From NCBI GenBank assembly GCA_965200215.1, contig OZ241369.1, forward strand, positions 1,027,787-1,091,786: DNA of 64,000 nucleotides. Reading direction: 5' to 3'. Numbering within the stretch: position 1 is the first letter of the stretch; the number at the start of each line of letters is the position of its first letter. The translations under genes were made by a program, and so were the position numbers. Origin of the DNA: Alphaproteobacteria bacterium. GTDB lineage: Bacteria > Pseudomonadota > Alphaproteobacteria > SP197. A model generated the notes under the pieces. That model was not told where the DNA came from, made no database searches, and saw only the letters and a list, made by a program, of their open reading frames with translations. This document shows positions 18,321 to 28,600 of the stretch, piece by piece.

Positions 18321-19331
18321 TTACTTCCACACCGCTTCGGCTACGCGCATGAAGTTGCCGCCCATGACGCCGGCCACGTCGCCTTCGTCCCAGCCGCGCC
18401 GGATGAGCTCGGCGGCCAGTTCGATCAGCTGCGAGGGATGGGCGCAATCGACCCTGGGCCAGTCGTACTGGTCGGGCGGCCAGTATGCCGGGTTGCGCTG
18501 CGTCACCTGGGTCAGGTCGCCGCCGCCCTCGGTCTCGAAGGCGTAATCGAGGCCGATGCCGACATGGCGCGGCCCGATCAGATCGGCGTAGTAGGCGACG
18601 TGATCGGCCAGGGTGGCGGTGCGGATGTCGTTGGCGCCCAGGAAGATGCCGATGCCGACCACGCCCACCACGCCGCCGGTGGCGGCGCAGGCCCTGGCCT
18701 GGTCGTCGCGGATGTTGCGCTGGTGGTCGCACAGGGCGCGCGGGTTGGAATGGGAGAAGATGCAGGGGGCGCTGGAGAGTTCCATCGCCTCCATGGTGGT
18801 GGTGTAGGCGCTGTGCGAGCAATCGACGATCATGCCCAGCCGGTTCATCTCGCCGATGACGGCGCGCCCGAAATCGGTGAGGCCGGTATCCTGGTCGTGG
18901 CAGCCGCCGCCGGCCAGGTTGTTGCGGTTGTAGGCGAACAGCATCTGGCGGACGCCCAGCGCGTGATAGAGGGCGACCATATCGAGGGAGCCGTCGAGCG
19001 CGTTCATGCCCTCCAGGTCGAAGGTGACGGCGAGTTCGCCCGCCGCCTTCGCCCGGCGCACCCCGGCGACGCTGGAGACCAGCCGGTAGCCTTCGGCGGC
19101 GACGATCCAGCGTCGGAAGGCGGCCAGCGATTTGAGGGTGTCGCGCCAGTCCATGACGTCGTAGCCGACATCGACGCTGAGATAGTTCACGCCCGCCCGT
19201 TTCCAGATGGCGAGCTGCGAGAGATCGAGCGAGGGGTCGGGGCCGAAGCCGGCGTGGTCGTCCCAGATCACCTGCTGCTCGAAGAGCCGCCCGGCGGCGG
19301 CGCGCGCTTCGTCCGCTTTTTGCGCCATCAT
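18321..19331 (-). CDS. membrane dipeptidase (peptidase M19 family)
   Basis: ORF track; characteristic length and conserved His/Asp-containing blocks. Confidence 0.75.
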   Translation of the reverse strand: MMAQKADEARAAAGRLFEQQVIWDDHAGFGPDPSLDLSQLAIWKRAGVNYLSVDVGYDVMDWRDTLKSLAAFRRWIVAAEGYRLVSSVAGVRRAKAAGELAVTFDLEGMNALDGSLDMVALYHALGVRQMLFAYNRNNLAGGGCHDQDTGLTDFGRAVIGEMNRLGMIVDCSHSAYTTTMEAMELSSAPCIFSHSNPRALCDHQRNIRDDQARACAATGGVVGVVGIGIFLGANDIRTATLADHVAYYADLIGPRHVGIGLDYAFETEGGGDLTQVTQRNPAYWPPDQYDWPRVDCAHPSQLIELAAELIRRGWDEGDVAGVMGGNFMRVAEAVWK

Positions 19332-19384
19332 GCCCCCCTCCCCTGCGGCGGCCGGTGAGGATACGCATGGCGGCGGTGGGGCGC

Positions 19385-19560
19385 CAGGGTGGGGGTGGCC
19401 GGTGGCTAGTGGCTAGTGGCTAGTGGTTAGTGAGAGCGGGGGGTGGGGGTGGTGCCTGGCGGTGGGCGTGTGGTGCGTTGACAGGCCTTTGGCCCGTTTG
19501 CCGGCGGGACGCCGGCGCTCCCAGGGGGCAGGACGCTGGCGGCGGTGCCTGGGGCGTGGA
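19385..19560. repeat. composite GC-rich repeat element
   Basis: Motifs. Confidence 0.7.
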
Positions 19561-19629
19561 GCGCCGGATGGGGGCGTGTTAGCCTTGCCGGGCGCTGCCC
19601 AGTGGCGGCGGGAGAGCGGCGGTGGGGCG

Positions 19630-22600
19630 ATGAGTGGACGATTTTTCGAGCGCCCGATCCTGAACTCGCCCTATGAGCGTCCGCAGCGCTACTGGAAGCT
19701 GGACGAGCACGGCCAGCCCAGCGACCTGGTCGTGCCTTGCCGCCGGGAGGTCGATTTCATCACCCCGATCCCCCAACCCAGGAAGCGCAGGGGCGGCAGG
19801 GGGCAGCCGACGCTGGCCCTGGAAAACGAGGCGGCGCGGCGGCTGTCCAGCGAAGGGCAGCGATACGATCTGGCCACCGCCATCAACGCCATCCGCCAGC
19901 GGGTGGACCGCTGGCGGGCGCTGCCGGAGGCGCAATGGCGGGTGACGCCGGAAACCGCCCGTCTGCTCCGCCACTGGCGTGGCCATCGCTTCGCCGATTT
20001 CCGGCCCTTCTTCTGCCAGGTCGAGGCGGTGGAGACCGCAATCTGGCTGACCGAGGTCGCGCCGGCCATCGGCGGTACCGGGCGGGTGTTTCTCGACCAT
20101 CTGGCGACGGTCAACGACGAGGCCAATCCCGGCCTCGCCCGGCTGGCCCTGAAGCTGGCCACCGGGGCCGGCAAGACCACGGTGATGGCGATGCTGATCG
20201 CCTGGCAGACGGTCAACGCGGTGCGCCACCCGGGCAGCCGGCGCTTCACGCGCGGTTTTCTGGTGACGACGCCCGGCATCACCATCCGCGACCGGTTGCG
20301 CGTGCTCCAGCCCAACGACCCCGACAGCTACTATCGCAGCCGCGAACTGGTGCCCGCCGACATGCTGGCCGATCTGGAGCGGGCGAAGATCGTCATCACC
20401 AACTTCCACGCCTTCGGGCGGCGCGAGACGATGACGGTCTCCAAGGGCGGGCGGGCCCTGCTCCAGGGCCGCGGCGGGGCGCTGCCGTCGCTGGAGAGCG
20501 AAGGGCAGATGCTGCGGCGCGTCATGCCGGAACTGATGGGCATGAAGGGCGTCATGGCGCTGAACGACGAAGCCCATCACTGCTATCGGGAAAAGCCGGG
20601 CGAGGCGGACGAGGGCGAGCTGGCCGGCGACGAGCGCCGGGAAGCCGAAGACAACCGCGAGGCGGCCAGGCTCTGGATCTCCGGCCTGGAAGCGGTGGGG
20701 CGCAAGCTGGGGCTGGCCCGCGTCGTCGACCTTTCGGCGACGCCGTTCTTCCTGCGCGGTTCCGGCTATGCCGAAGGGACGCTGTTTCCCTGGACGGTGA
20801 GCGATTTCTCGCTGATGGACGCCATCGAATGCGGCATCGTCAAGCTGCCGCGGGTGCCGGTGGCCGACAACGACCCAAGCGCCGACGTCCCCAAATTCCG
20901 CAATCTGTGGGAGCATGTCGGCAAGCGGATGCCGAAGAAGGGCGCCGCCGGGGCGGGAAGCCTCGATCCCCTGAAGATCCCCGTCGAGCTGCAGACGGCG
21001 CTGGAAGCCCTCTATGGGCATTACGAGAGGACCTTCGAGCTGTGGCAGCAGGCCGGCATCGACGTGCCGCCCTGTTTCATCGTCGTGTGCAACAACACCG
21101 CCACCTCGAAGCTGCTGTTCGACTACATCGCCGGCTTCGAGCGCCGCCAGGGCGACGGCTCCACCGCGCCGGTGCCCGGGCGCCTGTCCCTGTTCCGCAA
21201 TTGGGACGAGAACGGCGTGCGCCTGGGGCGGCCCCGCACCGTCCTCATCGACAGCCGCCAGCTGGAGTCCGGCGAGGCCCTGGATCCGCGCTTCCGCGCC
21301 CTGGCCGCCGGCGAGATCGAACGCTTCCGCCGCGAGATCGTCGAACGCACCGGCGACCGCCGCCAGGCCGACAACCTTTCCGACCAGGAGCTGCTGCGCG
21401 AGGTTCTCAACACCGTCGGCAAGGCGGGGCGGCTGGGCGGCGACATTCGCTGCGTGGTCTCCGTCTCCATGCTGACCGAGGGCTGGGACGCCAACACCGT
21501 CACCCACATCCTGGGCGTGCGCGCCTTCGGGACGCAGCTTCTGTGCGAGCAGGTGGTGGGCCGCGCCCTGCGCCGCCATTGCTACGAGCTCAACGAAGAC
21601 GGCCTCTTCGACGCCGAATATGCCGACGTGTTCGGCATCCCCTTCGACTTCACGGCCAGGCCGGTGGCGGTGGCCCCGCAACCGCCGCGCAAGGTGGTGC
21701 AGGTGAAGGCCATCGCCGAGCGCGCCAGGCTGGAGATCCGCTTCCCGCGCGTCGCCGGCTACCGGGTGGAACTGCCCGAAGAACGCCTGGAAGCCCGTTT
21801 CGACGCCGATTCCACCCTGGTGCTGACGCCCGAATGTGTCGGCCCCTCCGTCACCCACAACGAGGGCATCGTCGGCGAAGGCGTGGACCTGCACATCAAG
21901 CACCTCGACGGCGTGCGCCGGGCCACCCTGCTCTTCCATCTCGCCAAGTATCTGCTGGAGACGAAATATCACGACGCCGACGAAGCGCCCAAGCAGCACC
22001 TGTTCGGCCAGCTGAAGTCGATCGCCGGCCAGTGGCTGGACCGCCATCTGGTCTGCAAAGGCGGCACCCGCCAGGCGCAGCTTCTCTACCGGCAGCTGGC
22101 CGACTTGGCCTGCGAGCGCATCGCGCGGGCCATCACCGTCCGCTATGCCGACCAGCGCCCGGTGACGGCGGTGCTCGACCCCTACAACCCGGAAGGCTCC
22201 ACCGCCTGGGTCCATTTCGCCACCTCAAAGGCCACCTGGCGCACCCATCCCGCCCGCTGCCACATCGACCACGTGGTCTGCGACAGCAATTGGGAGGCGG
22301 AGTTCTGCCGCGTCGCCGAGGGGCATCCGGCCGTCCTCGCCTATGCCAAGAACCAGGGCCTGGGACTGGAGATCCCCTGGAGCCAGGGGGCGGAGCCGCG
22401 CATCTATCTGCCCGATTTCGTGCTGCGCCTGGACGACGGGCGCGGAGCCGACGATCCGCTGCATCTGATCGTCGAGATCAAGGGCTGGCAAGGCGAGGAG
22501 GCCAAGGACAAGAAGGCGACGGTGGAGACCTACTGGATCCCCGGCGTCAACCGGCTGGCCCGCTTCGGGCGCTGGGCCTTCGCCGAGTTTCGCGACGTCT

Positions 22601-22665
22601 GGGAGATCGAGGACGGCTTTGCGCGGCTGGTGGCGGGGCTGCGGGGTGGGGGCGTTAGTGGATAG
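19630..22665 (+). CDS. type III restriction enzyme Res-like subunit (SF2 helicase with DEAH box LNDEAHHC + C-terminal endonuclease region)
   Basis: ATG 19630 within ORF 19423..22665. Walker A LATGAGKT. DEAH motif. 1011 aa. C-terminal stop inside a heptamer array. Confidence 0.75.
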   Translation: MSGRFFERPILNSPYERPQRYWKLDEHGQPSDLVVPCRREVDFITPIPQPRKRRGGRGQPTLALENEAARRLSSEGQRYDLATAINAIRQRVDRWRALPEAQWRVTPETARLLRHWRGHRFADFRPFFCQVEAVETAIWLTEVAPAIGGTGRVFLDHLATVNDEANPGLARLALKLATGAGKTTVMAMLIAWQTVNAVRHPGSRRFTRGFLVTTPGITIRDRLRVLQPNDPDSYYRSRELVPADMLADLERAKIVITNFHAFGRRETMTVSKGGRALLQGRGGALPSLESEGQMLRRVMPELMGMKGVMALNDEAHHCYREKPGEADEGELAGDERREAEDNREAARLWISGLEAVGRKLGLARVVDLSATPFFLRGSGYAEGTLFPWTVSDFSLMDAIECGIVKLPRVPVADNDPSADVPKFRNLWEHVGKRMPKKGAAGAGSLDPLKIPVELQTALEALYGHYERTFELWQQAGIDVPPCFIVVCNNTATSKLLFDYIAGFERRQGDGSTAPVPGRLSLFRNWDENGVRLGRPRTVLIDSRQLESGEALDPRFRALAAGEIERFRREIVERTGDRRQADNLSDQELLREVLNTVGKAGRLGGDIRCVVSVSMLTEGWDANTVTHILGVRAFGTQLLCEQVVGRALRRHCYELNEDGLFDAEYADVFGIPFDFTARPVAVAPQPPRKVVQVKAIAERARLEIRFPRVAGYRVELPEERLEARFDADSTLVLTPECVGPSVTHNEGIVGEGVDLHIKHLDGVRRATLLFHLAKYLLETKYHDADEAPKQHLFGQLKSIAGQWLDRHLVCKGGTRQAQLLYRQLADLACERIARAITVRYADQRPVTAVLDPYNPEGSTAWVHFATSKATWRTHPARCHIDHVVCDSNWEAEFCRVAEGHPAVLAYAKNQGLGLEIPWSQGAEPRIYLPDFVLRLDDGRGADDPLHLIVEIKGWQGEEAKDKKATVETYWIPGVNRLARFGRWAFAEFRDVWEIEDGFARLVAGLRGGGVSG

Positions 22666-22870
22666 TGGATAGTGGATAGTGGATAGTGGTTAGTGGCCGG
22701 TGGCCAGTAGCCAGTGGTCGGTGGGAGTGGGTGGCTGGTGGTGGTGCCTGGCGGCTGGGGGGTGGTGCGTTGACGGGCCTTTGGGCCGGTAGCCGGTGGC
22801 CGGTGGTCGGTGAGAGTGGGTGGCTGGCGGTGGTGCCTGGGGGTGGCTGACGGCGGCTGCCTGTTTTCAC
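22655..22870. repeat. composite GC-rich repeat element (heptamer arrays GGATAGT/GGTTAGT...)
   Basis: Motifs. Confidence 0.7.
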
Positions 22871-22984
22871 GCCGGGCGCTACCCTCTCGAGCGTTTCTTG
22901 ACGTATGCTGGAGCCCTGTCGGACGATGATTGCGATTTTGTCCGCTCTCATGGGCATGGACAGGGATTCGGGGAGGTTCTCTGG

Positions 22985-23206
22985 ATGTCCGATCCCGTCG
23001 TATTCGACACGCTCGCCTATGCGCGCCGCCTGAAAGAGGCGGGGGTCGACGACAAGCAGGCCGAAGCTCATGCGGAGGCGGCCCGCGACTCCATGATGGG
23101 GAGCGTCGCCACCAGAAGCGACCTTCTCAAGATGGAGAACAGCTTGACCTGGAAACTGCTTGGCGTCGCGGGCCTGCTGTTTGCCGCGCTCAAGCTTGTT
23201 CCTTGA
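22985..23206 (+). CDS. DUF1640-family coiled-coil/TM protein (third copy in window)
   Basis: ATG 22985 (MSDPVVFDTLAYARRLKEAG...TRSDL...WKLLGVAGLLFAALKLVP). Confidence 0.65.
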   Translation: MSDPVVFDTLAYARRLKEAGVDDKQAEAHAEAARDSMMGSVATRSDLLKMENSLTWKLLGVAGLLFAALKLVP

Positions 23207-23408
23207 GTGTCCCTGGATAGTGGCCGGTGGCCGGTGGCCAGTGGTCGGTGGGAGTGGGTGGCTGGCGGTGGTGCCTGGCGGCTGGGGAGTGGGGCGTTGA
23301 CGGGCCTTTGGGCCGTTTGCCGGTGGGGTGGCGGTGCTCCCAGGGGGCGGTGGCACCGGCGGTGCCTGCCTGTTTTCATGCCGGGGCGCTGCCCGATGAA
23401 AACACGTG

Positions 23409-23437
23409 TTGACGACGCCTGCCGCGCGTGGGACAAT
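23409..23437 (+). promoter_or_regulatory. putative sigma70-type promoter (TTGACG-17-GACAAT) in an AT-richer stretch upstream of the hypothetical/protease genes
   Basis: By eye; about 190 nt upstream of ATG 23627. Confidence 0.3.
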
Positions 23438-23626
23438 GCGATGTGTTGGCATCCGCCCCAAGCGAGTGGCCCGCTTACCTGCCGGGGGCGTGCGCCGAGA
23501 GCTTGGGGCTTCGTTTGTTCCTTTTTGCAACCCATATCCGGAGGGATCTTTCCTGAAGAGATCGCACCCCACCTGGGCCAAACGACATTTGACACCATGG
23601 AACAACCGCAAACGGGGAGGACGGAC

Positions 23627-23908
23627 ATGAGACCACAGAAGACGGCGGCAGCCGACAGCCAGCAGCAGGAGGTCGACCGCAATTACAAGGCCTTCAAGAC
23701 GATGCTTCCCGAACTCATCAAGAGCGACGCCGGCAGAACGGCCCTGATGCGCGACGGAAAGGTCGTGGCCTGCTTCGATACGGATCGCGACGCCATCCAG
23801 GCCGGCCGCACGATGTTCGAGGATCAGCGCTTCTCGATTCAGGAAGTCACCAATCGCGCCGTCGATCTTGGGTATTTCTCCCGTGTCGGCGTTCTCGGGG
23901 CGGTTTGA
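23627..23908 (+). CDS. hypothetical protein (93 aa)
   Basis: ORF with GGGGAGGA RBS 7 nt upstream; no recognisable family. Confidence 0.45.
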   Translation: MRPQKTAAADSQQQEVDRNYKAFKTMLPELIKSDAGRTALMRDGKVVACFDTDRDAIQAGRTMFEDQRFSIQEVTNRAVDLGYFSRVGVLGAV

Positions 23909-24332
23909 CTGGAACGCCGGCCTGATCTGGCAGGTCGGCTTCGTTTCTGGAGCCACCCCAGTGGCGGCTGCGGGCACTCCCGGCGCGCTTCATGTCTGCC
24001 CAGCACTCGTCGACACCGGTGCGACACGGACTTGTATTGCAAAATCCGTTGTCGAAGCCCTTGGCCTGCACTCCATCGGAAGAACAAGCATGGACACTGC
24101 TGGAGGAGCGGCCAATGCCAATATCTACGACACGCATATCGTTCTATTGACGGATCATGCGCAGAACCCAGACGGGACCGTCGATGTACAAGCTCAATTA
24201 TTTCATAATATCAGGGTGCTGGAATTCGTCGCCGATGGGAATACGCCCTATCAGGCCTTGATCGGGCGTGACATTCTGCGCATCGGTATGCTCACGATGT
24301 CGCGGGATGGCTATTTTTCCTTTGCGTTTTGA
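23868..24332 (+). CDS. retropepsin-like (clan AA) aspartic protease family protein; start uncertain (TTG 23868 or GTG about 23883, or frameshift fusion with the upstream ORF)
   Basis: Motifs ALVDTGATRTCI (D-T/S-G-A active site) and ALIGRDIL flap/helix region. Confidence 0.55.
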   Translation: MGISPVSAFSGRFDWNAGLIWQVGFVSGATPVAAAGTPGALHVCPALVDTGATRTCIAKSVVEALGLHSIGRTSMDTAGGAANANIYDTHIVLLTDHAQNPDGTVDVQAQLFHNIRVLEFVADGNTPYQALIGRDILRIGMLTMSRDGYFSFAF

Positions 24333-24389
24333 GCTACGACACGAACAGGGGACTCCCGCTCCTGAGCGCCGTCGAGCCAGGCTGAGCCT

Positions 24390-25208
24390 ATGGCGAAGAA
24401 GCCCGGTGGAAAGGGCGAGAGCATCGCAACCCTCGATCCCGACGCGCTCCAGAAGCTCCTGTGCGAGCGTCTGTGCGAGGACGTAAGGGTCGAACGCCGT
24501 CCCGACGGCGCGCTGATGCTGCGCGCCCATTTCCGCTTCCCGGACGGCGATGGCTACCCCATCCATCTTTGCCAGGCGCCCGCCGGCGGGCTGCGGCTGT
24601 CGGATCGCGGCCACACCCTCATGCATCTGAGCTATGAGCACGACGTCGACATGTTCATGGACGGCACCCGCGCCATGCTGCTCGAACGCATCCTGACGGA
24701 GAGCGGTTTGCAGTGGGAGGGCGGCGCCTTGTGCCTGGACACCGCCCCGGAACGGCTGCCGGAGGCGCTGTTCCGCTTCGGCCAGGCGCTCACCAGGGTA
24801 TACGACCTGACCTTCCTCTCCCGTTCCAATGTCGGTTCCACCTTTTACGACGATCTCGCCGACCTTCTCCGCCAGCTGGTGGACGAGGACAAGATGCAGC
24901 GCGATTACCGGCCGGACGTGCCCAATGCCGACGCCTATCCGGTGGATTACCGCATCGAGGGCAAGGACGGCGTGCCGCTGTTCCTCTACGGCGTGCCCAA
25001 TCGCGACAAGGCGCGGCTAACGACCGTCATGTTGTCGCACTTCCATCGCCACGCGCTCGATTTCGAGTCCATCGTCGTGTTCGAGGACCAGGCCGAGATG
25101 CCCAGGATGGACCTGGCCCGCCTTTCGGACGTCGGCGGGGAGATGGTCGCATCGCTGGAATCGCGGGAGGATCTCGCACGCAAGCTGCGGTGGCGGATTG
25201 CGGCGTGA
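24390..25208 (+). CDS. hypothetical protein (DUF1828/DUF1829-like two-domain protein; assignment tentative)
   Basis: ORF track; codon usage typical of the host GC. Confidence 0.5.
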   Translation: MAKKPGGKGESIATLDPDALQKLLCERLCEDVRVERRPDGALMLRAHFRFPDGDGYPIHLCQAPAGGLRLSDRGHTLMHLSYEHDVDMFMDGTRAMLLERILTESGLQWEGGALCLDTAPERLPEALFRFGQALTRVYDLTFLSRSNVGSTFYDDLADLLRQLVDEDKMQRDYRPDVPNADAYPVDYRIEGKDGVPLFLYGVPNRDKARLTTVMLSHFHRHALDFESIVVFEDQAEMPRMDLARLSDVGGEMVASLESREDLARKLRWRIAA

Positions 25209-25214
25209 TGGCGC

Positions 25215-25600
25215 GGTGGGGGGTAGTGGCTGGTGGGTAGTGGATAGTGGATAGTGGATAGTGGTTAGTGGCCGGTAGCCAGTGGCCGGTGGTCGGTGGG
25301 AGTGGGTGGCTGGTGGCGGTGCCTAGCGGCTGGGGGGTGGTGTGTCGACGGGGCTTTGGGCCGTTTGCCGGTGGGGTGGCGGCGCTCGGGGGAATTTCGT
25401 GCGCGGGCGGGCCGGACGGCCCGCCGGGGGGCGGGACGCTGGCGGCGGTGCCTGGGGGTGGTGGCTGGCGGTGGCTGCCTGTTTTCATGCCGGGGCGCTG
25501 CCCCTCTCCTCCAGGTGCGCCCGTTCCCACTGGCCACTGGCCACCGGCCACCGGCTACTGGCCACCGGCCACTAACCACTAACCACTAGCCACTGGCCCC
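25215..25600. repeat. composite GC-rich repeat element (two heptamer arrays in inverted orientation flanking core)
   Basis: Motifs. Confidence 0.7.
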
Positions 25601-25665
25601 GCCCGGCGTATCGACGGTTTGGCTTTTCCGGGCCACACTGCGGGTGTGGCGTGGGGGTGGATTTC

Positions 25666-28600
25666 ATGGTGGGGAAGCGCAGGGGGGCGAAGAGCAAGGG
25701 GGTTGCCGCCTTTACCCATGAGGGGGCGCGGCGGGCGAACATTCCCACCGCCGAGCTCGACGCGGTGATGGCCGAGGGCGAGAAGGCGGCGGTTCGCATC
25801 GCCTATGAGCGCCGCAACCGAGATCTGGACCCGCAGCTGGTCTGGCGCGGCAAGGACGAGCAGGACCAGGCCGATCTGGTGGTCCAGGCGCCGCCGCTCT
25901 ACATCCAGGAGAAGGTGCACCCCAAGGCGCTGATCGACGACCTGCTGCGCCAGTCGAAGCGGCGGCGCGACGAGGCGGCCGAAGAGGCCCCGGACCTGTT
26001 CGCCGATTTCAACGGCCTGCCCGAAGGCGCCGCCCGAACCGAGTTCTACCGCCACGACGCCAACTGGTCGAACCGCATGATCCTGGGCGACGCGCTGCGG
26101 GTGATGGCCTCGCTGGCCGAGCGCGAGGGCCTGCGCGGCAAGGTGCAGGCGATCTATATCGACCCGCCCTACGGCATCCGCTTCAACTCCAACTTCCAGT
26201 GGTCCACCGGCAGCCGCGACGTGAAGGACGGCAAGGCGGCGCATATCACCCGCGAGCCGGAGCAGGTGAAGGCCTTTCGCGACACCTGGCGCGACGGCAT
26301 CCATTCCTATCTCTCCTATCTGCGCGACCGGCTGACGGTGGCCCGCGAGCTGCTGGCCCCGAGCGGCTCGGTATTCGTGCAGATCGGCGACGAGAACGTC
26401 CACCGGGTGCGGGCGGTGATGGACGAGGTGTTCGGGGAGGGGAATTTCGTCAACCAGATCAACTGCCGCACGAATAGCGGAACCACAAGAGGCGACTCAC
26501 TCAAGCGAACGAACGACTACCTGCTTTGGTACGCAAAGAATATCGAAAGCAAGAAGTTTCGGCGATTGCTGGTTGAGCGAGACGTCGAAACAAACATGTA
26601 TAGTCAGCTCCTTTTTGAGGATTTGTCAGTTCGTCCCATGACTCAGGAAGAGAAGAAAAAGCCAACGCTAATTCCCGACACGGCTAGAGCATATAGGAAA
26701 TTACCACTCCACTCGATGAACGCCGGAGACCATACACCGCGGAAAGCATTCGGAAGGTATTGGAAAATACCATCTAACCGCAGTTGGCGCCATTCCCTGG
26801 CCGGTTTCGACCGGCTCTTGCGGTCATCTCGAATACAAGCAGACCTGAGTGCTCTTAGCAGCCGCTATTTCCACAGCGACTATATCGCCTCCGAGCTAAC
26901 CGAGACTTGGGTGGATACAGGCCCCGAAGTGGACAAGTCCTACGTAGTCCAGACGTCCGAGCGGATTGTCCAACGCTGCCTGCTGATGACCACCGACCCC
27001 GGCGACCTGGTGCTGGACCCGACCTGCGGTTCCGGCACCACCGCCTATGTCGCCGAGCAATGGGGCCGGCGCTGGATCACCATCGACACCTCGCGGGTGG
27101 CGCTGGCGCTGGCCCGGGCGCGGATCATGGGCGCGCGCTATCCCTGGTATATCCTGGCCGACAGCCCGGAAGGGCAGAGGAAGGAAGCGGAACTGGACCG
27201 GCGCGCGCCTTCCGAGGCGGCGACCGGCGGCGATGTCCGCCAGGGCTTCGTCTATCGGCGGGTGCCGCATGTGACGCTGAAATCGATCGCCAACAATGCG
27301 GAGATCGATGCGATCTGGGAGAGGTGGGAGGGGGTGTTGGGGGCGTTGCGGAGTCAACTATCAGTTGCCAGTGGCCAGTCGCCAGTGGCCAGTGACCGGC
27401 AACCGGCGACTGGCGACCGGCCACCGGCCACCGGCAACCGGCCACTGGAGGAATGGCAGATTCCCCGCGAGGCTGGCGCCGGCTGGCCCGACGAGGCGAA
27501 GGCGGCGCATGCCGAGTTCTGGCAGGCGCGCATCGGACGGCAGAAGGAGATCGACGCCTCCATCGCCGCCAGGGCCGACAGCGAATATCTCTACGACAAG
27601 CCCTATGAGGACAGGGAGCGCATCCGCGTCGCCGGCCCGTTCACGGTGGAAAGCCTGGCGCCGCACCGCACCGTGGCCAGCGAGGGGGAAGGCGCCGCCG
27701 AAGACGGCCACGGATACCACGGCGGCGGGGCCTTCCCGGAACGCGATTTCACCGCCCTGGTGCTGGAGCAGCTGCGGGCTGCCGGCGTGCAGCAGGCCCG
27801 CAAGGACGACCGCATCGACATCGCCTCCATCGAGGGCTGGCCGGGGCGTTCCATCTGCGCCACGGGGCGCTTTCGCGAAGGCGGGGCCGAACGCCGGGCC
27901 GGCATCCTGATCGGCCCCGAATTCGGCACCGTTTCCAAGCCCGACCTGACCGCCGCCGCCCGCGAGGCGGCCGAGGCCGGTTTCGACGCGCTGATCGCCT
28001 GCGCCTTCAGCTACGACGCCCATGCCAGCGAGTTCGACCGCCTGGGCCGGGTGCCGGTGCTGAAGGCGCGCATGAACGCCGATCTGCACATGGCCGGCGA
28101 GCTGAAGAACACCGGCAAGGGGAACCTGTTCGTGGTGTTCGGGGAGCCTGATATAGAAGTGGCCGGTGGCCGGTGGCTAGTGGCCAGAAACGGGAAGATG
28201 ATCGCGCGTTATGAGCACGTCAAAGAGCTATCAGGACTTGGAAGTCTGGAAGAAATCAATGGAGCTGGCGGAAGAGGTCTATCGGCTCTCTGCCGGGTGG
28301 CCGGCGGAGGAGCGATTCGGTCTGACCGGTCAGATGCGCCGCGCGACGGTGTCCATCCCGGCGAACATCGCGGAGGGAGCGGAGCGGCACGGAACGCGGG
28401 AGTTTCTCCACTTTCTGGGGATAGCGAGCGGCTCCCTGGCGGAAACGGAGACCCTTCTGATTCTGGCCCGGAGGCTGGGGATGTCTCCGCCCGAACGGAT
28501 TTCACCGCTTCTGGAACGAGCCGGGGAGATCGGACGGATGCTCAACGGCCTCAAGCGATCGCTGCGATCGAGGCATTGAACGACGGCGACTTCCCGCTTT

